Part shown: piece by piece, positions 36,530 through 49,607 of the stretch
How the letters are laid out: every line of letters starts with the position of its first letter
Numbering within the stretch: the stretch's first letter is position 1
Source: Octopus sinensis
Taxonomy: Eukaryota
Direction: 5' to 3'
NCBI RefSeq assembly: GCF_006345805.1
Contig: NC_043026.1
Span: 4,960,001-5,024,000, forward strand
Length of the DNA: 64,000 nucleotides
Notes under the pieces: model-generated
What the model saw: the letters and a program-made list of their open reading frames with translations, nothing else
Told to the model about the DNA's origin: nothing
Databases searched by the model: none
Translations under genes and position numbers: made by a program

Positions 36530-39111
36530 GTGTTGGCAAAATATGTAATCTGTTCAATGGACAGTTGGTGGTGTCTGACATCAAGCGTGATTGCTTGTTA
36601 TACATTTCTCAGGAAGGAGACATTGTGTCCAGATTATCTCTGCCGTCTACAGCCACAGATATATGTTAGTGGGGTTCTAATCATATAGGGGTCACAAGAT
36701 GGTCTCCAGTGTTTTACAGTCCCAAATGAAACCTCCCCACAATTTCTATGGTGGATGTATAGATAAAAATGTTTATCTGTTAGACAACATCCCTATGTTT
36801 GTTATAAATGATTACTATTTGGTGGTTAAGGATCTCGTTACAAACAATCAGCTTAATATTGACATGGCACATCTATTTTATAGAAACATCTGTGTCAGTG
36901 AAATGTTGTCTTCTAAATTCTATCTACAGGATCTCCAGGTTTCCGAGACAAACAACCAGTGCAGATTTTTCGTTTGGTTATTACTGAAAACAACCTGATT
37001 GCAATATACGACAGGAAAAATAAAAAACATTAAGAAATTCACATTTGATGGTTATCTCTTGGATTCTATCAAATTGAATGTCTCTGCCATCAATATGTGT
37101 CGATGGCAGTCAAACCCACTGGTTATTACAACTGGGGATGGTAACAACCAAATGTTGACATTAAAAGTTGAATTTCAATTGTCATTGGTGATTTAGCAGA
37201 CAAGAAATAAATATCATTGTATTGCTTCTTTGTCGGATGGTCTACTAGTATATAATTGGGATGGAGATGAACGTACTTTGTATGTCATTGATTTTGATGA
37301 AATCCATTCGACTGTGAGTATAATGAAGCAAATAGACATACCTGAGACATTATTGATGAGAGGTGGTGAGGTTATTGATTATGTTGAAGGCATATGCAAT
37401 ATTACAGTGACTGTTAATGATGTCATCCTCGTTAGCAACAACAAATTCATCAATTTCCTCAGTAGTGATGGTCAGTATTTACATTCAGTTAGACACTACA
37501 TGAAGTATATCAGTATTCATAGCAACATAACAGTTGATGAGAAAAGATATCATCTCTATGGTATATTTAACAACATAGTGTGTTTCACACAGACTGGTGA
37601 CCACAGCAAAATATATTTAAATGAAAGAATTTGTGTATGTAAAGTGGGCTTTAGCTGTATAAACAGTAAAGGGCCAAGATTTATTGGAAGTCACAGAAAT
37701 AAATTGTATGTTGAAGGTTTGTTTCAGCTTAATCAGGAGAGATTCCCTGTTTGTCGGTTACAAACAGACGACTGTCCTGTTCAAGTAAAAGATTTTGATG
37801 TCTCTGAGGAAGGAAAGACAGTCGTGTGTAAAAAAGCCAATAATGGAAATGTTAAAATGCTTGATAGAGATGGGGAGTTGCTATGTCATAGAGATGTTGG
37901 AAGTTTAGTTGGTGGTGTGTGTTTTACAGGAGAAAGAGGGATAATGGTCACACTTCCAAACAGATGAGAAATATTTCAACTGAAGGAACAAGATTTGGAG
38001 AAATATAAAGTTTGGCCAAGTCTAGTACCTTATGGTGTAATATGGAGAAAAGTGGCAGGTATTTACTGGTGTATACATATTGAATTGATTGAATGTCATT
38101 GCATAAAGATTGATGGGGACCAAGTGAATATTCTGGAATCTGTGTCATTATTAAATCTTGATTCTGGTCTTCGTTTCCCTTCCATTACATCTGAAACGAA
38201 CAAGGAAATATTCAGTAATGAATAAATAAAGGTAGATTAGAGGTGAGATGTGGTAATTACATAGCAGAAAGTAAGTCAGCAACTGATGAAATAGCAGAAG
38301 ATTGCCACATAGAACAGCAGTGGTCCCTCTTTCCATTGCCACATTCGATGAACCAGTTAATTCTGAATATCTGAAGAACAGGGACCGGAACAGTAATCCA
38401 ATTAAGTTGGATGACACTGTCAGTGCATTGATGTTTGGAGAAAGTGTCACATTAATCAGCACAATGACAGGAGACATGCTGCAACATAAACAACCACCAC
38501 CACTGGACATATGTCGGTGGACAGAGGAATGCTTTATAGTTGTCTTTTGTAAAGAAATGATGCTCTTCAACAGAGATCTCTGTCGTTTAAAAACCATCAA
38601 CGCTGGGAAGTACTACAACGGTATTTATAAAAGCAATGACCATCAACTTGTGTGTGGTGGTCATTATATTAGAGACAGGACTGAAGATGGATGATGTGTC
38701 GACTATTATTATTTAGATGTAGTTGGTATCGATGGTGGAATATGAGAATGCAATCAGGAAGTTTGTTGCGGGGAAGTGAAGGTAGCGGTGGAGTTAGAGA
38801 TGGTGTTTTATGACATAGTAGTGACACCTGGTGGTGATATTGTTGTTGTGAAGATGGAGGAGTAGTGGTCAGGAGTATAAAACTAACTACAGTATGGTAT
38901 TTACAGACCTTGTCTAACCACACACGGCAGTTTCGTTCACATAGCAGGTAGAGATAACAATATTTACCAAATACCTGGACATATAGAACACCAAACATCT
39001 GCAGGTGTTCAACAATATTTATTGCTCAGGTGTAATGATAACGAAGTCTTCCAAGTTCTTGGAATTATTCCACGATGCTAATCTTTTGCTTTCTTTCAAT
39101 TTGACAAATAA
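36530..39111 (+). pseudogene. Decayed paralog of the 24-29.6 kb gene, covering modules 3-6 and the 3' flank
   Basis: GKICNLFNGQLVVSDIKRDCLLYISQEGDIVSRLSLPSTATDIC* and VQVKDFDVSEEGKTVVC match the main ORF. It has substitution stops (TAG 36667, TAG 37195, TGA 37966, TAA 38223) and a ~500 bp deletion matching 26300-26800. Same GACAAATAAATATTT end. Confidence 0.92.
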
Positions 39112-39569
39112 ATATTTTTGTAAATGTGGGTTCACCTGGGAATCAAACCTGCACCATTTACATTGCATTCTACCTAACAATTGCTGTGACATTCTTCAAC
39201 ACAGTCTCTCATTCGGTATGTACGTATTGTATGCTAGTATATTTTATCTCTGATTTTATATATAATTGAATAGTATAAAACGTGGATTCAGAGAAACATG
39301 CAGCTATCATAGTAAGCTCCTCTTACGACCTTGGCTATCAGACCACAAAATTGTCAATTACAAAGTAGTGTAATGTAAATTATCCATGGAACTAAATGGT
39401 AGGGGTTTGCTCCCCCTGCAAGCAATAGATAGGGTGTAGCACTGCACTGATAACCAATTAGCAGGTCTGCCTGTGGGTAAACTAGTAGTAACATAGAACA
39501 GCCACTTTGATGTGGCAATTAACTTGTTAGTATAGTTACTACTCTGATCTAGTCTTGAGAGTTTGCTTG

Positions 39570-39606
39570 TTGTAAACAAAGTGACCAATGGTCACTTTGT
39601 TTACAA
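39570..39606. repeat. Perfect 17-bp palindrome with 3-nt spacer
   Basis: TTGTAAACAAAGTGACC-AAT-GGTCACTTTGTTTACAA. Confidence 0.9.
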
Positions 39607-41410
39607 TATTAGAGGACTTTCCACTGAAGCAATAACAAGGATGGGTAAGTGGGGGGATAAGACAGTTGGTGAATGGATGAATGCATAAAGACAGGGATAT
39701 AAAACTTATACTATGTAATTTTTTTGTTTTTAGGTGTTTTTATATCACAAGCCAAGTGAAATCACAGTCGTGGCCCGATGCCAGTGTGGTGTAACTGGCA
39801 CAAGTGTTGGTGGCCCTTAAAAAGCACATATCCAATGCTGGGCGATATGTTGCGCTTGAGCAGACCTGTCAAGCGAAGCGAAATCATAATTAAGGACGAT
39901 GCCAATGTTGCATACCTGGCAGGTAAAAAGTACCATTTGAAATTTGAGCCTTATAGAGGAAGTGACAAGTGACCGAGACCTTTGGCAATATACTGTGCCT
40001 GAAAGGCAGCACATTGGCAGAAACGTTAGTGGTATTTTGTCTGTCTTTAGGTTTTGAGTTCAAATTCCGCCTTGGTCGACTTTGCATTTCAATCTTTCAG
40101 GTTCAATAAATTGAGTACCAGTTGCATACTGGGGTCGATCTAAATGACTGGCCTCCTCCCCCAAAATTTCGGGCCTTTTGCCAAGAGCAGAAAAGAATAT
40201 ACTGCACTTGAGAAGACCTGTCAAGCCAAGTGAAATCCTCGTTATAGCTGATGCCAGTGCCACGTACCTGGCAGGTAACAAGCATGCTGGCATGGGTTGG
40301 ACGGTTTTGACTTGAGGACTGGCAAGCCAGGAGGCTCCACCAGGCCCCAATCTGATCTGGCAATGTTTCTACAGCTGGATACCCTTCCTAACGCCAACCA
40401 CTCCAAGAGTGCAGTGATTGCTTTTTATGTGCCACCGGTACGAGGACTACTGGCAATGACCACGCTTGAATGGTGCTTTTTATGTGCCACCAGCATGACC
40501 AGTCAGACGCCACCAGCACGGGGAGCCAGTCAAGCGGAACTGGCAACAGTCACGCTCGAATGGTGCTTTTTACATGCCACTGGCAGCATTGGAATTGACC
40601 ACACTCTTGCGTTCTAAATTGCAGAAAACACACTCACAAACAGCCATATGTACATTAAACAAACGATAGGAAGGGCTAAAGGCAGTGAGAAACAAGCTCC
40701 ACCTGCTGACACGTTCTGTGGTGGGTACAGGGTGGGAGGGTAGAAAAAAAAAGGGTTGGTGAGCAGAACATTCCAGAAACAGAAGAAAACACTGATAAAG
40801 AATACAGAAACGAATTAGAAATAGACCCCAAAAAACAAAATTCTATGTATGTGTGTGTGCATCTCTCTCTCCCTCAGGTGGGGTTGTGTGGTAAGAAGCT
40901 TTCTTCCCAACTACATGGTTCTGAAATCAATCCCACCGCGTGACACCTTGGGCAATTGTCTTCTACTACAGCCTTCAGCCGACCAACGCCTTATCAGTGG
41001 ATTTAGTAGAAAAAAGCCTGTCATGTTTATATATATATGTATGTATATATTTGTGTATTTGACCCCTAGCTATTGCTTGACAATCGACACTGGTGTGTTT
41101 GTGTCCCCATAACTTAGTGGTTTGGCAAAAGAGACCGATCGAAGGGGCTTAAAATGAAGAAGTTCTGGGCTTGATTTCCTTGACTAACTCCCTTTAATGC
41201 GCAGCTCCAGGTTGGCCACAGTGAAATGAGTGAAACGAGTAAGAGAATAAAAGGATATATATACATATATAGGTTTGCACTTTTTTATTAAAGCTGCAAA
41301 AATATCACCAGAATAGGTCACTCAGTTTACTCTACCTTTGGTAGTTGAGTACTACTTATGACGCTTGCTTCTCATTTATGTGCTTACTTACGTGTATATA
41401 TGTATGTATT

Positions 41411-41484
<74 letters not shown>

Positions 41485-41517
41485 TATATATATATACATA
41501 TATATACTTATATATAT

Positions 41518-41553
<36 letters not shown>

Positions 41554-41772
41554 CTTAAATATATATATATATATATACTTAAATATATATATATATACTT
41601 ATATATATATATATACATATATATACATACATACGTATTGAATGTGTATGATTCACTAATTCAATTCTTCCCTTCATCTATTTTTTAATTTCATATCCTT
41701 TTTCAAACAATTGAATGTGTTTATGTATATGTGTGTGTGTTTGGCTATGAACAATACCTGAAAGACATCACC

Positions 41773-41819
<47 letters not shown>

Positions 41820-42072
41820 TCATCATCATCATTTAGCGTCCGTTTTCCATGCTAGCATGTGTTGGACGGTTTAACTGGGGTCTGTGAAGCCGGAAGGCTT
41901 CATCAGGCCCAGTCAGATTTGGCAGTGTTTCTACGGCTGGATGCCCTTCCTAACACCAACCACTCCGTGAGTGTAGTGGGTGCTTTTTACGTGCCACCTG
42001 CACAGGTGCCAGACAGAGCTGGCAAACGGCCACGAACGGATGGTGTTTTTTCGTGCCAGCGGCACAGGGGCT
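41820..42072 (-). mobile_element. SINE-like repeat, family D, with (CAT)n tail (also ~40270-40600, 48835-49075, 51610-51790, and plus strand at 52420-52550)
   Basis: Recurrent CTGGATGCCCTTCCTAACxCCAACCACTCCG...GTGCTTTTTACGTGCCAC unit; this copy abuts the 42.07 kb element. Confidence 0.75.
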
Positions 42073-42465
42073 AGGCGTTGTAAATGCAACCCTCTATGGG
42101 ATAACATATATCCAATCTACCGCTAGTGAAGTACCCAACAAAGTTAATACATAAATGTTAATAATTGCGATGCAATTAATTCATTTACTGTATTATATGG
42201 GCAAAGGTAAAATTTTTTACCACAAATTCATAATACGAAATAAGAAAATGGAGAAATACATCTAAATCAAATATCGATTACCAGATAATACCCAATCACA
42301 TACTTTATTAAACCACCACATAAGAAACTTTAAGGTCAAACATAATAATGTAGAACAAAATAGTGTACATAAAGGAGTGTACATAAAGGAGTAATGTTAT
42401 ACAATAAGTACAATATGTATAAGAGAATATAAAAATAAGTAAATATAAGTATAAATATAGACTAC

Positions 42466-42555
42466 ATCTTACAGCTGTTTCGACCATGCAGATAAGTATG
42501 TCTCGTAGTTATAAATGAGACATTTACAAAAATATTCTAAGGCCTCTTCGGAGAT
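42466..42555 (-). ncRNA. Type I minimal hammerhead ribozyme motif (core CCGAAGA, U4C variant)
   Basis: Minus strand reads ATCT-CCGAAGA-GGCC...GGTC-GAAA-CAGCTG-TA-AGAT. Confidence 0.7.
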
Positions 42556-43201
42556 TATGTGATACAAATCAGATTACATACATATTTATATAGGTGTGGG
42601 TACATACCCATAATAAAACATATACATATACATATGAGTGCATATACTCACACTCCTATACATATAAATATACATATACCTAATGATATAAATAATATAA
42701 ATAATATAGATCAATAAACATACATATGTTCCACATTCAATGTTACAGTTTTTCAACTTAATATTGTGATAATTACAATGTAGAAAAACATACACATATT
42801 AATATCCAAATGCAGATATACAGAGTCAAGAGTACATTATATTAATTCTTAACAATTTCCAAAATGTCATTAATGTTAGCATCATTATCATTGTCATTAC
42901 CACTAATGCTACCAATATCATCATTCGTATCATTATTAATAACGCTAATACTAGAAAAACAATATATAGATTCCATTATTAGCAATATAGTTACAATAGT
43001 ACTACAATACCATGCAAAGTGTTAAATATCTGCATATACATACGAAATATGAAACAAAAGCATTCTGTTTACATGACATTAAGATCCACTGGTGCACAGA
43101 TGTACTTCCGAGTTCAAATACATATGTATATGTATATGTTTTATTATAGGTATGTACCCACACCTATATACATGTGTATGTAATCTGATTTGCATCACAT
43201 A

Positions 43202-43291
43202 ATCTCCGAAGAGGCCTTAGGATATTTTTGTAAATGTCTCATTTATAACTACGAGACATACTTATCTGCATGGCCGAAACAGCTGTAAGAT
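43202..43291 (+). ncRNA. Type I minimal hammerhead ribozyme motif (core CCGAAGA, U4C variant), predicted GUA cleavage after 43287
   Basis: Helix I ATCT/AGAT; helix II GGCC...GGCC with inner ATGTCTC/GAGACAT; GAAA; palindromic helix III ACAGCTGT. Confidence 0.72.
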
Positions 43292-43730
43292 GTAGTCTAT
43301 ATCTATACTTATATTTACTTATTTTTATATTCTCTTATACATATTGTACTTATTGTATAACATTACTCCTTTATGTACACTGTTTTGTTCTATATTATTA
43401 TGTTTGACCTTAAAGTTTCTTACGTGGTGGTTTAATAAAGTATGTGATTGGGTATTATCTGGAAATTGATATTTGATTTAGATGTATTTCTCCATTTTCT
43501 TATTTTGTATTATGAATTTGTGGTAAAACATTTTACCTTTGCCCATATAATTCAGTAGATGAATTAATTGCATCGCAATTATTAACATTTATGTATTAAC
43601 TTTGCTGGGTACTTCACTAGCGGTAGATTGGATATATGTTATCCCATGGAGGGTTGCATTTACAACCCCTATCTCAATTTGTATATAAATATATATCTTT
43701 ATATATATATATACATATATATATATGTAT

Positions 43731-43769
<39 letters not shown>

Positions 43770-43799
43770 TTTTATATAAATATACATATATATATGTAT

Positions 43800-43845
<46 letters not shown>

Positions 43846-43902
43846 TTATATATATATACACACATATATATATGCAAATATATATTTATATATATACATA
43901 TA

Positions 43903-45860
43903 TGTTGCAAGACAGTGTGTGAGAGAGAATCGTGATGTGGTAGGAGAGAAATGTGTTTGCATGGATGATGGTTCAATTGCGCTAAATGAGGATGCAAAGA
44001 GAGAGGTTTGGAGACGCCACTATGAAAGGTTGCTGAATAAAGTAAATGAATGGGATAAAGAGAGTCTGCCGAATGTCGACCCAACAGAGGGACCAGATAT
44101 CCGAGTTGACAGTTCCTTGGTAGTTAAGGCAATTAGAAGCATGAAGGCAGGGAAAGCCCCAGGCCCATCAGGAATTACTGCAGTGATGCTCAAAATATCT
44201 GGTAGTATCAACTATAGCCTAGTCACCCGTATAGTTAACCAGGTGATACACGAAGGAGTCATACCAAATGACTGGTGTAGCAGCATAATAGTCAACTGCT
44301 ACAAAGGGAAAGGTGACACCCTAGATACAAATATTTACAGAGGTATCAAGCTGTTGGATCAGGTAATGAAGGTTACGGAGAGGGTCATAGCCCAACTAAT
44401 TAGAGAGAGGGTTAGTTTAGATCAGATGCAGTTTGGATTCGTGCCAGGGAAAAGCACCACTAATGCCATATTCCTAGTAAGACAGCTGCAGGAGAAATAT
44501 CTAGCCAAAGATAAGCCCCTGTACCTGGCCTTCGTTGACATGGAGAAAGCCTTCGACAGGGTCCCCCGATCCCTTATCTGGTGGTCAATGGGGAAACTAG
44601 GGATAGATGAATGGTTAATGAGAGCTGTGCGTGCCATGTACAGGGACGCTGTTAGATGTATATTGGCAACGATTACAGTGAAGAATTCCGAGTAGAGGAT
44701 GGGGTTCACCATGTTCCAGTCCTCAGCCCCCTCCTATTTATCATAGTCCTCCAAGCAATAATGGAGGAATTCAAGACAGGATGCCCCTGGGAGCTCCTCT
44801 ACGCTGATGACCTTGCTCTAATTGCTGAGTCACTATCAGAACTGGAGGAGAAGTTTCAGGTGTGGAAGCAAGGATTAGAATTGAAAAGCCTTAGAGTCAA
44901 CCTAGCTAAAACCAAAGTCCTAATAAGTAGGTAAGGTAGACAAGTCACAAATGCCTTCAGGTAGATGGCCTTGCTCAATCTGTAAAAAAGCCGTAGGTAG
45001 AAACTCTATAATATGCACCAAGTGTAAGCTATGGACACATAAGAGGTGCAGCAACGTCAAGGGAAGGCTAACTAGGAAAATAGTTTTTGTTTGTGGCAGA
45101 TGCTCAGGAGCAATAAACACTGAAAATACGCAGGGACCATCTTCCGCCACATTCCAGGGAGAAAAACTAGAAATAGTTGATAGCTTCTGTTACCTAGGTG
45201 ACCAAGTCAGTAGCAGGGGTGGGTGTATTGAAAGTGTAACTGCTAGAGTAAGAATAGCCCGGGCAAAGTTCAGTTAGCTCTTGCCTCCGCTAGGGACAAA
45301 AGGCCTCTCGCTCAGAGTAAAAGGTAGACTGTATGACGCATGTGTACAAACAGCCATGCTACATGGCAGTGAAACATGGGCCGTGACTGCTGAGGATATG
45401 CGTAAGCTCGCAAGAAATGAAACCAGTATGCTCCGATGGATGTGTAATGCCAGTGTTCAAACTCAACAGAGTGTAAGTACCTTGAGAGAAACGCTGGACC
45501 TAAGAAGCATCAGTTGTGGTGTGCAAGAGAGACGTTTGCGCTGGTATGGTCAAGTGGCAAGAATGGATGAAGATAGTTGTGTGAAAATGTGCCACACCCT
45601 AGCGGTTGAGGGGACTTGTGGAAGAGGTAGACCCGGGAAAATCTGGGATAAGGTGGTGAAGCATGACCTTTGAACTTTAGGTCTCACCGAGGAAATGACT
45701 AGAGACCTTTGGAAGTATGCTGTGCATGAGAAGTCCCGGCAGGACAAGTGAGACCATAACCCATTGCCTCAGTCCACTTATGATACCTTTCCTTCTTGGG
45801 ACACAAAACTCTACTTGTGAAGACCTGTTGAAGCAAGTGAAAATCAAAATCAAAATCGAT
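43903..45860 (+). mobile_element. 5'-truncated RTE LINE (RT with PHD finger), with stops and frameshifts
   Basis: [52 protein letters not shown]4HC3 finger at 44972-45103, and an (AAATC)n tail. Confidence 0.96.
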
Positions 45861-45914
45861 CAACATCAATAGTAATTGTAGCGGTGATACCAGTGCCGAT
45901 GGCACATAAGAGAT

Positions 45915-47680
45915 CCATATGATATGCCACAAACTGTGTGACCTCGGCATAGCTGGAAAACTTGGAGTTTGGTTACATGACTTCCTGAAAGATAGGAGTC
46001 AGGCAGTAGTGGTTAATGGAGCCACCTCCATGAACACACAAATAGTGAGGAGTGTTCCACAGGGCACTGTCTTGGGACCACTTCTTTTCATAGTGGCCCT
46101 CTCAGATATGCCCTCAAATGCCCGGATAGCCACTCTGGCAAGCTATGCTGACGATACGAATGTCTCGCAGAAAATACAGAACCCCAGCGATGTTGCACAC
46201 CTGCAGCAGGAGTTGGACTCAATCTACAGATGGGCTGAAGATAATAATATGCAGTTTAATGCTGAAAAATTCCAGGCCCTGCGCTACCAGCATCCAAAAC
46301 TGAATATTAAACTTACAGGATACACCGGTCCACAGGGAATTTCAATCCCAGAGCCTAAGTCTGTGAGGGACCTGGGTATCGACATGAGTGAGGATACCTC
46401 TTTCCAGGTGCACATTACCAGGATGGCGACAAAGTGCAGACAACTGGCTGGATGGATCCTAAGAACATTCAGAACCAGAGATAAGGAAACCATGATGGTC
46501 CTCCGGCGGATATTCGTCCTCAGCCACCTGGATTACTGCTCACAGCTATGGTCACCCACTAGTGTAAAATTAACAGCAGACCTTGAAGCAATCCAGAGAA
46601 AATTCACAAAGAAGATCGTCTCTTTGCAACAGCTCAGCTACTGGGAAAGGTTGAAACAGCTAAGACTCTACCCACTGGAGAGAAGACGGGAGAGGTATGC
46701 AGTAATATATATCCGGAAGATCCTGGAAGGAATTGTGCCAAAATTTGGCATTGTAAGCTACACCAATGCTAGAACGGGACGACACTGCATAGTGCCAAAG
46801 ATCCTGTAGTGTATGTGTGTGTGTATAAATCAATACATAAGTTGTTTCATGGTTAAAAAGGGATTTATTTACATGGATTATAAATATACTACATAAAATT
46901 GTAAGCGAATGCTACGCATTGCTTGTAAGGAACACATATTAAAGATGAATATGTTTGTGTGTGTGGGTGTGTGCGTGAATCATACGAAAACGTAGCCTGT
47001 AGGCATTTCTCTCGGCGTCTCCAAATCGCGGGATGAGATAATTCCGTCTGCTGGTGTGTCAGCCGCGATTCTGCTTCTTTCTCTGTTTTTCCCTTGTATT
47101 TATAATATTTGAAACAGCTAGAAAGATAGACATGCTGCAACAGAGTTACTACTTAAGTAGGTCAGCGCTTGTCCAGCTGAACTTCACCTGACATGGCTGA
47201 GGTCGTAGGTCGAAGGGAGACGATCAATCACTTTTTGTCAGAACAAAGGATTCTGAGATTTCGCACCTCTAAATGCATTGGTTTTGACGACCGATGATTC
47301 TTGGATTCGATTTCGAATCTAGGCTTAGGGAGGGGAAATGCTAATTCTTACAATCCCAGTAATGCCATCATGCTTCAGGACCAGCTTCTGCAACAGCCTG
47401 GGTTTCAAGGGCCCACAGCTTTTTAATATTCTCTCAAAGAGTCTGAGGAACTTGCACAAAGTAGATGTAGTGGTTTTTAAATCAAAGCTGGACATCTTCC
47501 TGTCGACAGTCCCAGGTGAACCTACCTCATGGCAAGAGGTGCAAATGAGAGTAGCTATATCAAACTCCATTCTTCACCAAGTGTGACATATTAGAGGAGG
47601 CTCTTCGTAATAACAGTGTAGCATAAAACAGTGGTGCATCGGCTCTGAGCTGAAACAAGAAAAACGAATAAAAACGAATA
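45915..47680 (+). mobile_element. CR1-type LINE 3' half, interrupted by a solo LTR (46805-47352)
   Basis: SVPQGTVLGPLLF, YADDT, RDLGIDM, HLDYCSQLWSP and RRERY motifs. Removing the insert restores VPKI|PVMPSCFRTSFCNSLGFKGPQLFN in frame. Confidence 0.93.
46805..47352 (-). mobile_element. Solo LTR (548 bp), probably Ty3/Gypsy-like
   Basis: TGTA...TACA termini with a 4-bp ATCC duplication (46801-46804, 47353-47356). The minus strand has TATAAATA (47097-47104) followed by AATAAA (46864-46869). Confidence 0.85.
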
Positions 47681-47829
47681 TAAATATAAATATATAAATA
47701 TAAATACATATACATATAAATATATATATACATAATATATATATATACACATATTTATATACATATACACATATATATATTCATATACACATATATATAT
47801 TCATATACACATATATATACATACATATA

Positions 47830-47871
<42 letters not shown>

Positions 47872-48069
47872 TATATATACATATATAATATATACATATA
47901 TATATATAAACATTTACATATATCTTATTATTAATTTGCATATTGATGTATATGTTTTGTTCCATTTTCATGTTCCTATTTGTATAATTGATAAATAATA
48001 TGAAATTGTAATATCCGTAAGTTGATGATCGAAATGAATTTGTTCCTCCATTTTCTTATTTTTTATTAT

Positions 48070-48124
<55 letters not shown>

Positions 48125-48162
48125 ATATGTATATATATATATGTATATATATATATAATATG

Positions 48163-48247
<85 letters not shown>

Positions 48248-49559
48248 GTTTAAATATTTGTTGTGCAAGATTTTTTATGTGAAGTCATGTGTTGAAACAG
48301 ATATTGTTGTATCTAGGAATGGTCATTTTGCCAGTTTAGCCAATAAAAACACACGCACTATATATTTGGTGTTATTTTGCTTCAGTGATATTTATTTTTT
48401 ACATTAATCTTAATCTTATTTCGGCCAGAGTTCTTTCGTCACACTCCTGTGACCGCCTCAGTGGTCCTTTGTTTTCTTCTTTCTTATTTCTGTCTCTCCT
48501 TACTAACCGTCAGCCATTTTGTATTTCTATTGTATGTCTTCATTTGCACATGCTTATATCTCTATGTGCGTCTATATTTATTTAGTGTGTGTGGGGGGGA
48601 TGCCTGTAATATTTGTATCTTCTGTTTATATACATTCATGTAATTTGTATTTTGTTTTTGTTGTTGTTGCTTTTGTTCTAATTTTGTTCATGTGTTTACA
48701 TCCACCCATTATTATCATTACATATGCTTGTATGTATGTATAGCAACAATATTAGTAATAATAATAATAAATCTAAAAAAAAAAAAAATCTAATCGAAAA
48801 AAAAAAAAAATATATATATATATATTATACACATCATCATCATCATCATCATCATCGTTTAACGTCCGTTTTCCGCGCTAGCACGGGTTGGACGGTTTCG
48901 ACCGGGGTCTGGGGAGCTAGGGTCTGCCCCAGGCTCCAGTCTAGTCTGGCAGAGTTTCTACGGCTGGATGCCCTTCCTAACGCCAACCACTCCGCGAGTG
49001 TAGTGGGTGTTTTTTACATGCCACCTGCACAGGTGCCAGAGGGGTCTGGCATCGGCCACGTTCGGATGGTGCTTTTTTTTCTTTTATGTGGGGGGGGCGT
49101 GCAGAAATATAGGGGAGCACCAGTGGGGAGGGGTGGTTCAGAGAAAGGATGACAGGTTCTAGGCAAGTAGAACGTAGGATATCAAGAGAGGGGTAATGCA
49201 TGGTGAAATAGCGTATTGAAGAGGGGGGTTCGAAGAGTAGACACCTATTATGGTGGTGGGAGTAGCGACATCCGGTATGGATGGAGCAAAAATATAGAGA
49301 TATCCGGTATTAGTGGTGGGGGTGGGCAGGGCGGGTGCACCGCAAATACACGATGGTTGATGAATACACGAGAGGCGAGATGGGTAATGGATAAATTAGT
49401 TAAAATAATTAGATAGATATAGAAATTAGTTAAAAATAGTTAGATAGATAAGAAAGCATGTATGATTGATGGGGAAGTGAAATAAATAAATAAGCATTCA
49501 ACTTATCTGCTAGATGACTGAATGGATGAAAGAGCAGAAGTTTGGGGCTGCGTTTTTTT

Positions 49560-49607
<48 letters not shown>

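Larger units (their letters stand above)
42073..43680. mobile_element. Non-autonomous Penelope-like insertion: two inverted pseudo-LTRs (~42073-42636, ~43121-43680) around a ~480-bp AT-rich spacer
   Basis: The arms are near-perfect reverse complements. The right arm is homologous to the 3' terminus (62.5-62.99 kb) of the coding Penelope-like element, including the CAACCCCTATCTCA end. Confidence 0.88.
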
